From positions 19,950,795 to 20,014,794 of the forward strand of contig NC_092670.1 in assembly GCF_964355755.1 (NCBI RefSeq): DNA of 64,000 nt, in the 5' to 3' direction. Under the pieces are notes generated by a model. It was not told where the DNA came from. It worked only from the letters and a program-made list of their open reading frames with translations, and ran no database searches. Source of the stretch: Antedon mediterranea (lineage: Eukaryota > Animalia > Echinodermata). Below, one piece after another: positions 1 through 64,000 of this stretch. The position numbers were made by a program, and so were the translations under genes. How positions within the stretch are numbered: the first letter of the stretch is position 1; the number at the start of each line of letters is the position of its first letter.

Positions 1-520
1 GCAAATTTCCGTAAAATCTCTCTACTATAGTACAGCGTTTTTTTTCGAAAAAAAATGTCCAATGACTTTTGAAATATATATTGAGGTAACATGCACAGAT
101 CACATTATGTGCGTCTGCGCATGTCAAAATATGATATAGTAATCAGTTATGTCAACAAATAAAAAGAGTCAAAATTTGGCAAATTTCCGTAAAATCTCTG
201 TACTATAGTACAGCGTTTTTTTCGAAAAAAATGTCCAATATATCGACTTTTGAAATATATATTGAGGTAACATGCACAGACCACATTATGTGCGTCTGCG
301 CATGTCACTGTATGATACAGTAGTAACCAGTTAAATAAAGGGTCGCAATTTGATTATCTTCCGAAAAAGTCCCCAGGGATTTTCAAAAAGTGTCAATATA
401 TATATTTTTAAAATGTATATGAGGTACCACATTATGTGTGTCTGCACATGTCAAAGTATGATACAGTAACCAGTTAAGTCAACAAATAAGAGTCAACAAC
501 TTTTTGTAAAAATCCATGTA
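1..520. repeat. Degenerate ~178-bp tandem repeat, probably continuing left of the window
   Basis: gcaaatttccgtaaaatctct at 1 and 179; cacattatgtg.gtctgc.catgtca at ~101, ~282 and ~428. Confidence 0.85.
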
Positions 521-1545
521 CTATTACTGTATAGACAGGGGTTTTGTCGAATAATGGCAAATGTATTACATTTTCAAAATGCAATCATTATGTGATTATG
601 TACGCCTATTGTCTTATCTTCTTGTAGAGCCATAATAACCAGTTATGGAAATTAAAACAAAAACATTGAATCAACAAAATGCCCATAGTATAGGGTAAAA
701 GTATTTTATGAATTTATTAAGAAATTACCCAAAATAAGAAAGTCAACTAATCAATAAGTAACAACACTACATAAACAAAAACCACAAAAAGGAACTGCTA
801 TTGAGAAGGTCATATTATTTTATTTTGTTATCTGGCGTACATTTTTTGTGATTGTTTTAATGCCAAATTTTATGGATAATGCAGTTAAATTTTAATTTAC
901 GGTCTTCTAAATCCTTATTGAATTTACTGAATAAAACTAATACCTAACTTCTATATATACACCAACATTTATTTCTAGATATACATGTATACATAAATAA
1001 CTACAATTAAACCTATTCCCCATTTATGATTTACTATAAGACTTGAATGTAGACAGTAGCATACAATTTGCCTGAAAACAATATTTGTATGTGTTTTAAG
1101 ATGTTATTATTTTTTTTGCTACTAATATCCCTTTTACATTGCCTAGGAAATCTCTGGCGTTAACATACCTGGGTGTCATACCCGAGAATTATATGGTATG
1201 TACCCAAGTGTGTGAAGAGTTTTAGTAGGCGCGATATGTAAGGGGTATATTAGTGTGTGGATTAAATAAAAAGTTTTAATATAGTACATTGAAAAACATG
1301 AAACATTTTATAAAAACAAAATTGAGGTCATCATATACCAAATATGAAAAAAAAAAAACCTGAGCTTAATTTAAAAAATTGAAAAAATGAGCTTAATTTG
1401 GATTACGGCAGGCGCCATTATTTAGATATACATAGTCGATATGGCAAGACGCAATAAATGTTGAAAATAAAAGGTATAAAAAAGTCTACACAGATTTAAG
1501 TGTATATTTATAAAACCAAAAAGGTTATTGAATCAGTTGATATGG

Positions 1546-1550
1546 TTTAT

Positions 1551-1553
<3 letters not shown>
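1546..1553 (-). promoter_or_regulatory. Candidate poly(A) signal overlapping the stop codon (TGAATAAA)
   Basis: Minus strand reads CCA TGA ATAAA; other AATAAA hexamers occur further downstream. Confidence 0.4.
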
Positions 1554-43711
<42,158 letters not shown>

Positions 43712-46700
43712 TCTGCTAATATGTTCCAGAATCACAGAAAGCACTACTACGCAATGACACGATAATAACCCGGTCTTTCAATTATATTCTTACTATAGAT
43801 ATGGCCGAGTGAGTTCTATTCGATATCATTCGCTACAATAATTTAGGGTGTGTATCGAACAATAGACGCCTTTACAAAAGGTTTTATATTGTTTATTTCA
43901 TATAAAGGTACCAGGCTAGCTACGGTATTTTTGTTTAAGTTTTAAACCACCTACAAAGTCGTCAGAGCATGGCACTTCATTTAGGTACAAGGTAGAAAAA
44001 TGTCAGAAGACACAATACACGTCACACCTCTTAACCATGCTAGACCGTCTTTGAAAAGAAAGCCCTAAAGTACGTCCTTGGTTTTAAAAAACACCGATTA
44101 TTGAACTATACACTTTTGCATCTTATGAAACATCCTGTTCGCATGTTCCTTGAGTACTTAAAAGAAACAGAATATAAACCCATCCTTTAGAGCACAATGT
44201 CGTGCATTATAATAGGAAGTTTTATATTTGTGATAACCTAGAACTATTAGCACGTCATGTTAATTCATTGCACATGTATTTCTAAAATGTTAGGTTGTTA
44301 TTTCATTTTTTTAAATTGATCCATTAAAAAATGTCGAACTTTATTCTTCTGATTTGTATAAGTTAAAAAAGATTTAAGTAGATCGGGAAATGAATTCATA
44401 ATATCAATTCATTATTGTTAAATTTGTTTGTATACTGCTTCCTTTATAGGCTAATTCAAAGAACACCTACGCGCAATAAACAATCAATGTACACACCTTA
44501 CAAAAGTGTCAGGGAAGTGTGAAGAAGGTAACAAATATTTTGGTTTCTGACTTGTTTTAAGGCAAAGCGCTCGGTTCCCACTAGAACGAACCGCAAAGAC
44601 GCAATCGTGTTGACCAATGATAAGCGAATTCTCCATCCTTGTGAATCCTTGTCAATATCATTTGTTAACTGTTAACAAATTGATGCATATTCTTGCACTT
44701 TAGTAGTCTAGGTTCTAGACGGTGTTTTGACTTAATATTAGTTAAAAGATAAATATTTTGGCACATATGGCGTTTCATACGTATACATGACCTCGTATTT
44801 TAAAAAAAAAATCGACTGGTGGACTAACATAAAAAAGACAATAACTTTCAAAGAAAAACATTTTCTTTAATTACTGGAATTCACCGTTTTATTCATAATT
44901 GTTTTTAAAGATATTGAGCAGATTTCAACTACCATTTTCATATTTTTTCCTCCCTCCATAATAACAACAACCTATGCTAAGAACAACAGAAGAAGAAAAA
45001 ATGTAAAAAAAAAAAAAACTTTACAGATGTCTTTACTGGATAGGCCCGGCGAAAAATAAATTGTAAAATTGTAATTTTCTCTTTCATGGTAGGCCCTACT
45101 CTATTATTCGTTTCCATTTCACATGGTCACATGGCTATGGCCTATACCTTTTCTATATTATATTGGAATTTGACTAAAGACTGTCTTAAAACATTATAGG
45201 CTGGAGATACCATTTTTACTTCTGTTTGTATTTTATCAAGTTTGTTTTCGTATTTTGGTGTGACATTTTCTTAACTCAATACTTTGTTCTACGCCATTAT
45301 GATTTAGTATTAAAGACTTATAGAAAAGAATTGGAACTGATAAGTACACCTACGTGTTTTTAAATCACGTATTTGTCGTGACGTTACAGTAACAAAATAA
45401 TATTATCTACTTCTTAACCTCGGGCGACAGTTGCATGTGTAACAATACCGATAAAATTTTTACATTCTTTAGAAACATTTACGTAAATAATGAACAAATA
45501 AGTCAGGTTAATTCATCTGGTACAGACAAAACGCATGGACGTTGTAAGCGATTTAACCAATCACACGCGATGGATTATTCGGACTGTCGCTTGTTATTGG
45601 TCAGCTCGCTTGTAACGTTACGTCTACGTTCTTATATTGTAGTCGAGGTAACAACGCTTTATTATTGCACAATTACGTTACTAGCGCTATCTCTCACGAC
45701 CTACATCCGTACAATCGTCATGGTATGATTTTATGCCATTTAACTACTTCTCGTTTTACATGCTGATTCAATACAATAGAATACCCTAACTTTCCGAATC
45801 ATTGAATAGCCAATGGCAATTTTAAACGTAGACCATTTATGCATCCTCGGTCCTTGGCCCGAGATTAAATAGTTGAAATAAAACCGAAATTCCGATTTCT
45901 TTGTTCAGGATAAGGTGTGGAAATACAATAAAATAATATACAAAAGTAATTATAACTGTACAATTGCTATTCCCTTTGGATTAGATATGCCATTGCAGTA
46001 TATAAATGCTAAATTGAACTTACGAATACCCCTTTTACATTGCCGAGCTAAAAACAAACCTGCTTGTCACCTCACACTTTTTTCTTTGTTATACAATACA
46101 TTTCACAATCAATTGTTAATAATGCTTTTAAATGATTCAAAAATATCTATTGGCTTCTATTTATGGGATTCGGTAGAATTGTTCAATAATAAGTTGTTAA
46201 ATTAAAATATATAACAACCGTACCAGGTGACATCCATGCACCAAACATTTCTGTTTTATTATTAATAAAAAAATCCGTCATTGTTATTGACAGTAGTACA
46301 TTCATAATATCTCTGTGGTACCTTATAGTACGGTATGAACAAATATTCAAGGACGAAGGCACATTCTGAAAGTTCGCTACGCGTAGGGTTTCTTTTGTGA
46401 CTATAAATCACTCATTACCTCGATTTAAAATGTTTAATTTTCTCTTGATTGAATTATACATTATCTCTTTATTTATCATCCAAATTTAAATAATACAAAT
46501 TTAAGGTTTATTGACAAAAGGCGAAAGTTTTCGCTTGTCTAAAGATTACTGTACTTAGTACCCATCGTCGTGATCGGTCAAATTACTTGCGGCGCATTTA
46601 CGGTCTTGCGGTGTGTAAGAGAGAACTCTTTAGGCCTTATACCGAGGTCGCAATGCTTTGTTTTAATTATAAAATCGAATTCCCCGTGTCCGTACCAGTT

Positions 46701-49700
46701 CTAAGTTGACGGTTTGAAGACCGCCAAGCCAGGAAGGTCCACGGAATGGTCCCGTTTGCACCCATAGTAGCCCAGTGACAAGGAAATTGGAACATAAGCA
46801 ACTTCGTACCAGGAACAACAAGCTTACAAATGGAACGATAATCCATGAATCATTATATGGATCACGCCCCTATTGTGCTATAATATCTGGAGGTTAACAA
46901 GATACTATTACTATCAATGAGTTAAATTGAATCATTGTTTACTATTAATACGTAAACAAGTCGTAGTTAACCACATTCCAGTACGAAGTATATACGAAAG
47001 CGATGAGGTATTCTTCCATGGACCTAAACTAAGCCAACCAATGCTATGAATATCATAGCTTCCGGTGAAATATGATAACTTGAATAGCAACCATTCCAAT
47101 AATTAAAAATAATGATAAAATTCAATTTTTTAAAAAGATAAAAAATCTTAGCTATAAAATTATAATTGTAAATTCTTTATGTATTATGTTTCAAATGAAT
47201 ATTATATAGCCTAATAATTATAGCAATCAGTTAAATTACATAATATAAACATTAGGAAAAGTAGTGGAGCTGTAGCTCGGTGGCTAATGTACCTGCGAGG
47301 GGTTGTAACTCACGACTCTTCCAATTCCACCCCCGAACCCTCTGAATAAGACTTAGTTTAGAACCACAATTCATTATAAATAGTTTATCCATTCTGTAAT
47401 TGGCGAGTTGCTACATACTTGCTAATAAAAGTAGCTTGACAAAAACAAAATATTTGTAATGTTTAATTATACATTCAAGAATGTCGACACAGCAATGACA
47501 TATTAAAAGGGAAAAATCTGCAATGAACAAAATAATATCTGTAGCAGGACTACATCTGATTTTGTGTATGGAACAATATAATATCATATAGTATAGATAA
47601 CTGACTTTTTACGTAAAATCAGTATGTTTTTGTCACGTATTCTGAAATATTACGATGAATATGATGTGCAGTCTAATCTAATATCTGACATGTTATAATA
47701 TAAGGAAATTATTTGGTATGGAACACTATTCTGAAATTACTAGGAGTTCAGAAAACAGCACAGAACAATGATGACACTCATCCATGACAAAAAGATTTGA
47801 GACTAGAAAAATGACAATATATATATCTAAATATTACAATTTGTGTTAAGGCGATATAAGTCGTTAAGCAACGGAACTAGTGATATATTATTTGTATCGG
47901 TCTAGAAACTGTACAATATAGGCTAAAGAGCAACGATGCGGAATAAGAATTGAATTAGTTCGTAATCCACGTTCAACTCTCTAGATGACAGGCATAACAA
48001 AATCTATTGTATTATTTGTATACCAACAGTGACATAAAAGATCTGCTGGCTCAGCACTAAATGCAAAACTAAAAACTAAAACTCCGATATAGATGAAATC
48101 AAATATTGTTTGTGTAAGCTTTTATGTAAAATAAAATGAGTGTATAACCTATACTTACCGAGAAGGAAACGAAACATGGCCGATGCTTACTAGATGAGCA
48201 TTGGGAAATAAGTTTATTTCTCAATGGTTTCAGTGCAGAGGATTGCACTAATGCATTTATAAAGTTTAAAACAAACTATTCAACAAATTCATTGTATCAA
48301 ATAGAATTATATAAAATAATTGTAGGAACAAAAGTATATAATATAGATGTAGTCTCACAGGTGGGTTACATTAGGTGGTTAAAATCATTCCCAAAAGCCT
48401 ATGTATCAACTTTCTATATCGTTGAGTAAACATTCTATAAGTTACGTGCGAGTTACCGAATTTTGCCCTTTAGATATTTTATAATTATAGAGGCTAGAAT
48501 ATTTTGTAATGCTGCACTAGTAGTAGTAGAAACTGCAGCAGAGAGTGTTATAGCGCGACGTATATAATGTTAACATTGATAGCTTTCTTGATTTTGTAAA
48601 AATCTGCTGATTTATTTGTATTGTATCAAGACTACAGGCAAAAAGATCATATAGCTAAAGTATTCAAGAATCATAGCCTTCAAAAGTTTTACTCGAACAA
48701 TAATACACCCGAGGTCTTTAGGCACAAACGTCATGTAGGAATCTATTGTATTTTTTTCTTAGGTGCAAAACCCATTGACTCTATAGAATGTATAATGTTT
48801 AGTATACGTCGTTCTTATGTATAAGTGTTTGTCTACAGTCCCGGTTCAACAAAGATCGGAATTCAAAATAGTAGAATGATACTATACACTTTAAGGTATT
48901 CTTTCCAAATAAAACTAAATTGAATCTCTGAATGGTTAAATATCTGCTCGTAATTAACTGTCAACTTATCAGAGCAACGCGTGACGTTCGTCTTTAGGCT
49001 TACAATGCAAGACCTTGAAGTTTCAATATAATGTTCAAGGGTCGAGAATAAAGCCCATATTGTACCCCGAAAGAACGAACAATGCGTATTCATAGTTCAT
49101 AATAGAGAGCCCACATTCCTGACTCGAATAACCATCCTTATTCAAACTATAAACTTCACTTAGCGTAAAATTACTTTTAAGTGAAAAGTTAGATCAGCGT
49201 TACAAATAACTCTAATCACTATGTGTAGGCTGGTGTGTACAGCCATAGTAGTGATTTAGCAGTGTGAGACAATCGGCGGGTCATTTAGTTAATCTCGATA
49301 TCCATTGGTTTAATTTTCATAGTATAATACGATTATAAATACAATTGTTTGCGGCATATAGTTTGTCATTGTGAGGTAGTGATGAAGATTTGCGGTGTAC
49401 CAATGTCAATGTGTTTACAGTATTTAAAACCACTCTCACCTCTCCGTAGGTCTGAAAAGGCCCTATGTTGTTTTACTTAACCACTCTCACCCCTATGTTG
49501 TTTTATATTTATTTGTGTTTGTCATATAATAGCCATACTTAGTTTCAGGAAAGCATAGGACTAATAATTTCATGCGTGTTATACTTATAGTATTTAATAT
49601 AGGCATATATTGACTGTGTCTTTGAGATAGGAGATGCTCAAGTCTCGAGATACAACTGATGCTAACCACAGTATTACTATACGAGAGGGCGTATCCCCAT

Positions 49701-50058
49701 AGTTTGGTTTGGGTTCTTTTACAATTTCTTTTCAAAAAAGGATAAATTCGATGAACTCGACAAAATGACCAATACAAGTTATAAAACATTAATTACCTTG
49801 TAGTTACAAGTTATCAGTTTCGAAATTATAATATTCAAAAGGTTTTGGTCAAACTTACTAAATCTAACCTAACACAATCATTGATTCACAAAAAATCCAA
49901 AGTTGATGAAACCTACAAATCCGATAGCCTATATGTCGACAATTTCAGTCACATTTCCCTCTTCAAAACGACAATTTACAGTCACTTTCTGTCACATGAC
50001 CTTGCTTTTGCACACATTCTATATCTAAGTGGCAGAACTGAAAATTTCAGGCCCTCAC

Positions 50059-51111
50059 CAGGCCCGTAGCCAGGGGGGGTTTTTATGTTTCGGGCGAACC
50101 CCCCTTAACCGACTGCGAACCCCCATCCCCGACATGCCCAATACCTCACCCTCATCTCCGAAAATCGTCCAAATACGTGCCCCACAGTACAAAAAGTTGT
50201 TCGTAAATTGAAAAATTCGGAAACTCGTTCGAAATAACTCATACAGTTATACGTCCCTGTATGAGCGTACTTCGAGCGATACGTGTCTGTAAATTTCTAA
50301 GAGTTGCAAATGAATTGCCGATTTTAACTTAAAAAATAAATATTTGGTCCCTGCATGTAACATGATATTGACGCGTCTCACAACGAGCTGGGGCACCAAC
50401 GATTCGTACAAAGGACACCGCCAGACAACTGCGTACCAATTGTTTAGATCACTGGCAGTCAGGCAGCATGCATAAAGTATATAGCCTTCCGACATACATC
50501 AGTATTTATGTGTGGCTATGAAGTGTAATGTATCATAGAGGATTATAGTGAATATTAACATTTTACACTATAATATCTATGGTATCATGTACTGTAGTTC
50601 ACATTATGGCATCCGATTATTTTTTTCTAGACCACCAGCCGATACGTACTCAAATGTATCAATATCACCTATTTACATTGGCATAATTAATTTCCTCAAC
50701 AAATTGCTGTAAATAAATATTATAGATAGAGCTATAATAAGAATTGCATTTGCCTTCACCCAGTGTGCTTTTTTCGGGGCTTCTCCTAGACGTACGTTCG
50801 CATTGAACTTGAACGCAAAATAAAATACCGAGTAATTAATGATCAAACAATCGGCGGTTCCGCACAGAGCACGCGCATCTAACATACGGCAACAAATGTT
50901 ACCATTTATAGTCCACGAGTCCAAGTACGATCGTTTTGCTCATTGGTAGCATGCTGCATGAGAGTGTCTTTTCCGGCCATCTAGGGGTGTCATTTAACAA
51001 AATTCGCTTCGCCTCAGGCCCCACCCCAGGGGGGGGGGGGGTTGACCCAAATACTTAGTGTCCGTACTTAGTGTCCGAACCCCCCCTTGACAAATCCTGG
51101 CTACGGCCCTG
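50059..51111. mobile_element. Non-autonomous DNA transposon, 16-bp TIR, 5-bp TSD CTCAC (hAT5-like)
   Basis: CTCAC|CAGGCCCGTAGCCAGG ... CCTGGCTACGGCCCTG|CTCAC; CGAACCCCC subterminal repeats; no transposase ORF. Confidence 0.85.
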
Positions 51112-51663
51112 CTCACGTCTAACTAAAATGTTGACCAGAAATGTTTCTGAACCTAAAAACCTAACAGTCGACTGTTAGGTCTTAGGCCTACTTGTAAAAA
51201 CAAAGTAGTAGGCTTACAAACAATAAAAACAAGCAACATAAAAATGAAAAAAATATCATCAGAGCTCCATACTTTTATTTATAACACCATGTTGTTATTC
51301 ATTAGCAATCATTCATCATATATACTGTATAATTCCTTCTTTCCCCATCGGAGGATAGAATCTATAGTCTGTCCTCCACGCCTTTCACGTCTTTGGCTGC
51401 TGTGGTCGCTGCCTGGCATTATTTTACTATAGGCCTACAACAATGCGGCGAATAGACAAAATGAATTATACAGAGAGCATACGGTATTCAATATACAGTA
51501 GAACTTCTATCAAGGGGACACCCACTTGATCGAATATCATTGGGTGTACTGTACATCTAGTAATTTCCGTAAATCTACGCGAAATCGCATTTAGAGGTAA
51601 ATCCAAAATGTGACCTACACAATAATATATAAAAAAACGAAGAATATTAACATTATTATCTTC

Positions 51664-51884
51664 ATGTTGATAATAAGTTTGCGGTACACCACGTATATTA
51701 GTTTTGAAAAAGACGTTTCGATCAATATGCTTTGATCGTCCTCAGGAGTGAGAATGAGGACGATCAAAGCATATTGATCGAAACGTCGAGAAACTCAACA
51801 GTTTATTTCCGAACTAACATACGTGGTGTACCGCAAACTTATTATCAACATTTGATTTCGCCATGCAAACCTTCAAACAATATA
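51664..51884. mobile_element. Inverted pair of hammerhead-containing repeat units (PLE pLTR or retrozyme-like)
   Basis: Arm 51664-51744 is the reverse complement of ~51755-51851; core CTGAGGA c GATCAA-agcata-TTGATC GAAACGTC. Confidence 0.75.
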
Positions 51885-52308
51885 TTATTATCTTCACAAA
51901 CGTATTGTTTAGGCCTACACATTTAAACATGTTATATAGGTTACAGTCAACAGCACATTCTTCAGTAACTCATACACTTCTTTTGTTTGTATTATATAAA
52001 GTATTACCAGGTAGTACGCAAATAAAACTATCGTAACGAACAAAAGTAGGCACTCGATTTAACGCGTTTTTGTTCAGCCGCTTTACTGATGTTCAAATTC
52101 TGAAAGGCTATATGGCCTATACAGTAGGTCTATAATGTTTTTTTTTTGTAAAAAAAGACAGTACAAGAGTTATTTTATAATTTTACTCTTTACCTCCCTG
52201 ATATGATAACCTTATATGTAGAAAGATTATAAGAATATAGTTCTAAAAAACTACAGAAATAATATGATATTTATTTTTTTTTATAGTATGACAATATTAA
52301 TTTGTGAG

Positions 52309-62228
<9,920 letters not shown>

Positions 62229-62852
62229 ACTAGATCTGGGCCTATATCTTGCGATTTCGAGTGGATCTGATAGATTTAGATAAGACATACATCGAGAATA
62301 ACTTTTTTTTTGTTAGTTGAAGAATACTGTATAGTGGAATGAATGATATACAGTAAATAAAACATTTAAAACTCGTTAAGTTGAATAATTTGAAAATTGA
62401 TATAGTATTTTAATAACATTGTGACGCATCTCATTGATTGAATTTCATAGGACAAGTTAAGTACAAGTTTAGTACGGCATGCCTACCATAAAGCTCGGTC
62501 TACACTATCGAACTATCGAACTATAGTTGTTGGAAAAAAGTGATGTGCCCAAATGTGGTAGTGATATACCCAAATATGGTAGTGATATGACATCATGTCC
62601 ATGGGCACATCACATTTTTTTTTGTCACAGAATGTTTGATAGTGTAGACAGAGCTTTAGAAAGCGTAAACGTGTTGAATTGTGCAGAAATTATTACAACC
62701 GGTAAAGATTCGGAGTTTCACAAGCTTTAGTTCCCACTAGAAACGCAACACAACATGACGTACACGCAACGCAAGCGAGTTCACCAAAGGCAAGCAGCAA
62801 TTCTAATAATCGCATCTGATGATACCAAAAGTAACTTGCTTTTGGATTTACT

Positions 62853-63480
62853 TATCAATCAATCAATCAATCTTTATTTCCATCATAACAAACATAAAAT
62901 ACAAATTATTAAGATGGAGGACGTACAACTAAGGCAGAGCCTGAAAAAAACGTTGTACTTCCTTTACAATAATAATACTAACAATAACATAGACATAATG
63001 ATATTGAAGAAACATAAATATATATAGTATAAATATACATATATATTCACAATTTACATAAATAAAGACATAACCCACCCACCCTTGTAATATTCATAGC
63101 CAAAATAAACAATTTAACTATTAATATGAGTATAAATAAGAAATATAAACTGTACAATGATGGTGTGAAAGGGGTATATGTCAAGAGATCGTATGTGCTC
63201 AGAAATCTGTGTTTTGAAATGATTAACACTATGAGAGTTTTTTGACAGGTAAATTATTCCAATATTTGGGACCCGTTGAAAATACAGATTTGATTTTATA
63301 AAAGTCTAGCCGATAGTTATTTTTATTTCTAGTATTGTACCCATGAATACTTTTGTGTTCAGTAGAAATATTATTGAATGATTTAAGTAACATTCCATTG
63401 CTATATTTGTACATAAATATACATAGTTCCTTCTTGTACAGATCAAAAACATTCAATAGATAAAGTCAAAAACATTCAAT
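62853..63480 (-). mobile_element. 3' end of a CR1/L2-group LINE
   Basis: ORF2 C-terminus-like FMYK...HGYNTRNK...GPKYWNNLP, then 3' UTR ending in AATAAAG(ATTG)n. Confidence 0.8.
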
Positions 63481-63559
63481 AGAATGTAATTTAGATATAG
63501 ATCTAAATATTCAACATGAATTATTATTATTGAAAACAATTTATTTAACGAATTTTATT

Positions 63560-63990
63560 TTTAACGGTTTCGATGACGATTCCGAATCGTTAAAGTTAAT
63601 GCGATTTTAATAACACATCGGTTGTATCCGAATAAACATAACAGTCAGCCACGATTTCAATTGATATATTACTACTTCTTTATGCAGGATCCTTGCCATC
63701 AATTATATAATGTAATTGTAAAGTTATAAACGATGACTAGATAAATGTGAATACATAAAAGAGTAAGGCATTTCCTACCTTGTTACAAAGTTTCTGAAAA
63801 TATATAGTTTTCTTTCTTGCTAAGAACTTTATTCACGCGAACTTAAAAAAAAAAAAAAAATCCACAATCATACAATTATTTTTTAAACGGTTTCGATGAC
63901 GATTCCGGATCGTTAAAGTTAATGCAATTTCAATACCACATCGGTTGTATCCGAATAACCAGCCAGCAGCCACGATTTCAGTTGATATTA
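63560..63990. repeat. ~110-bp direct repeat, two copies
   Basis: aacggtttcgatgacgattccg...cagccacgatttca at ~63563-63670 and ~63886-63990. Confidence 0.85.
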
Positions 63991-64000
63991 ATTAATATTT

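Noticed and set aside
47265-47350. tRNA-like start GGAGCTGTAGCTCGGTGG
   Set aside because: No complete cloverleaf; probably a decayed SINE head.
44000-50050. Short ORFs in the intergenic region
   Set aside because: No recognisable domains or consistent exon chain; a gene cannot be excluded without RNA data.

Overview
AT-rich animal genomic DNA, most likely echinoderm (inferred from the fibropellin architecture). Two intron-rich genes on the minus strand were rebuilt by hand from GT..AG boundaries and reading phase. (1) 43711->1551: a very large fibropellin-type extracellular-matrix gene with 59 coding exons and about 2276 aa: signal peptide, EGF, CUB, 52 single-exon EGF repeats and an avidin-like C-terminal domain. 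(2) 62228->52309: an about 734-aa type-I membrane serine protease: signal, trypsin domain, LDLa, PAN/apple, CUB-like, CUB, TM, short tail. Introns and intergenic DNA carry several MITE families, hAT-like, Tc1/pogo-like and Kolobok-like non-autonomous elements, LINE ends, four minisatellite or low-complexity arrays and a decayed Penelope-like element. At least seven minimal hammerhead-ribozyme motifs from four sequence families are present, two pairs of them as inverted repeats. Also visible are a failed exon duplication, the single-copy seed of a minisatellite, and a CpG-rich candidate internal promoter. All coordinates were counted by eye; no database searches were run.
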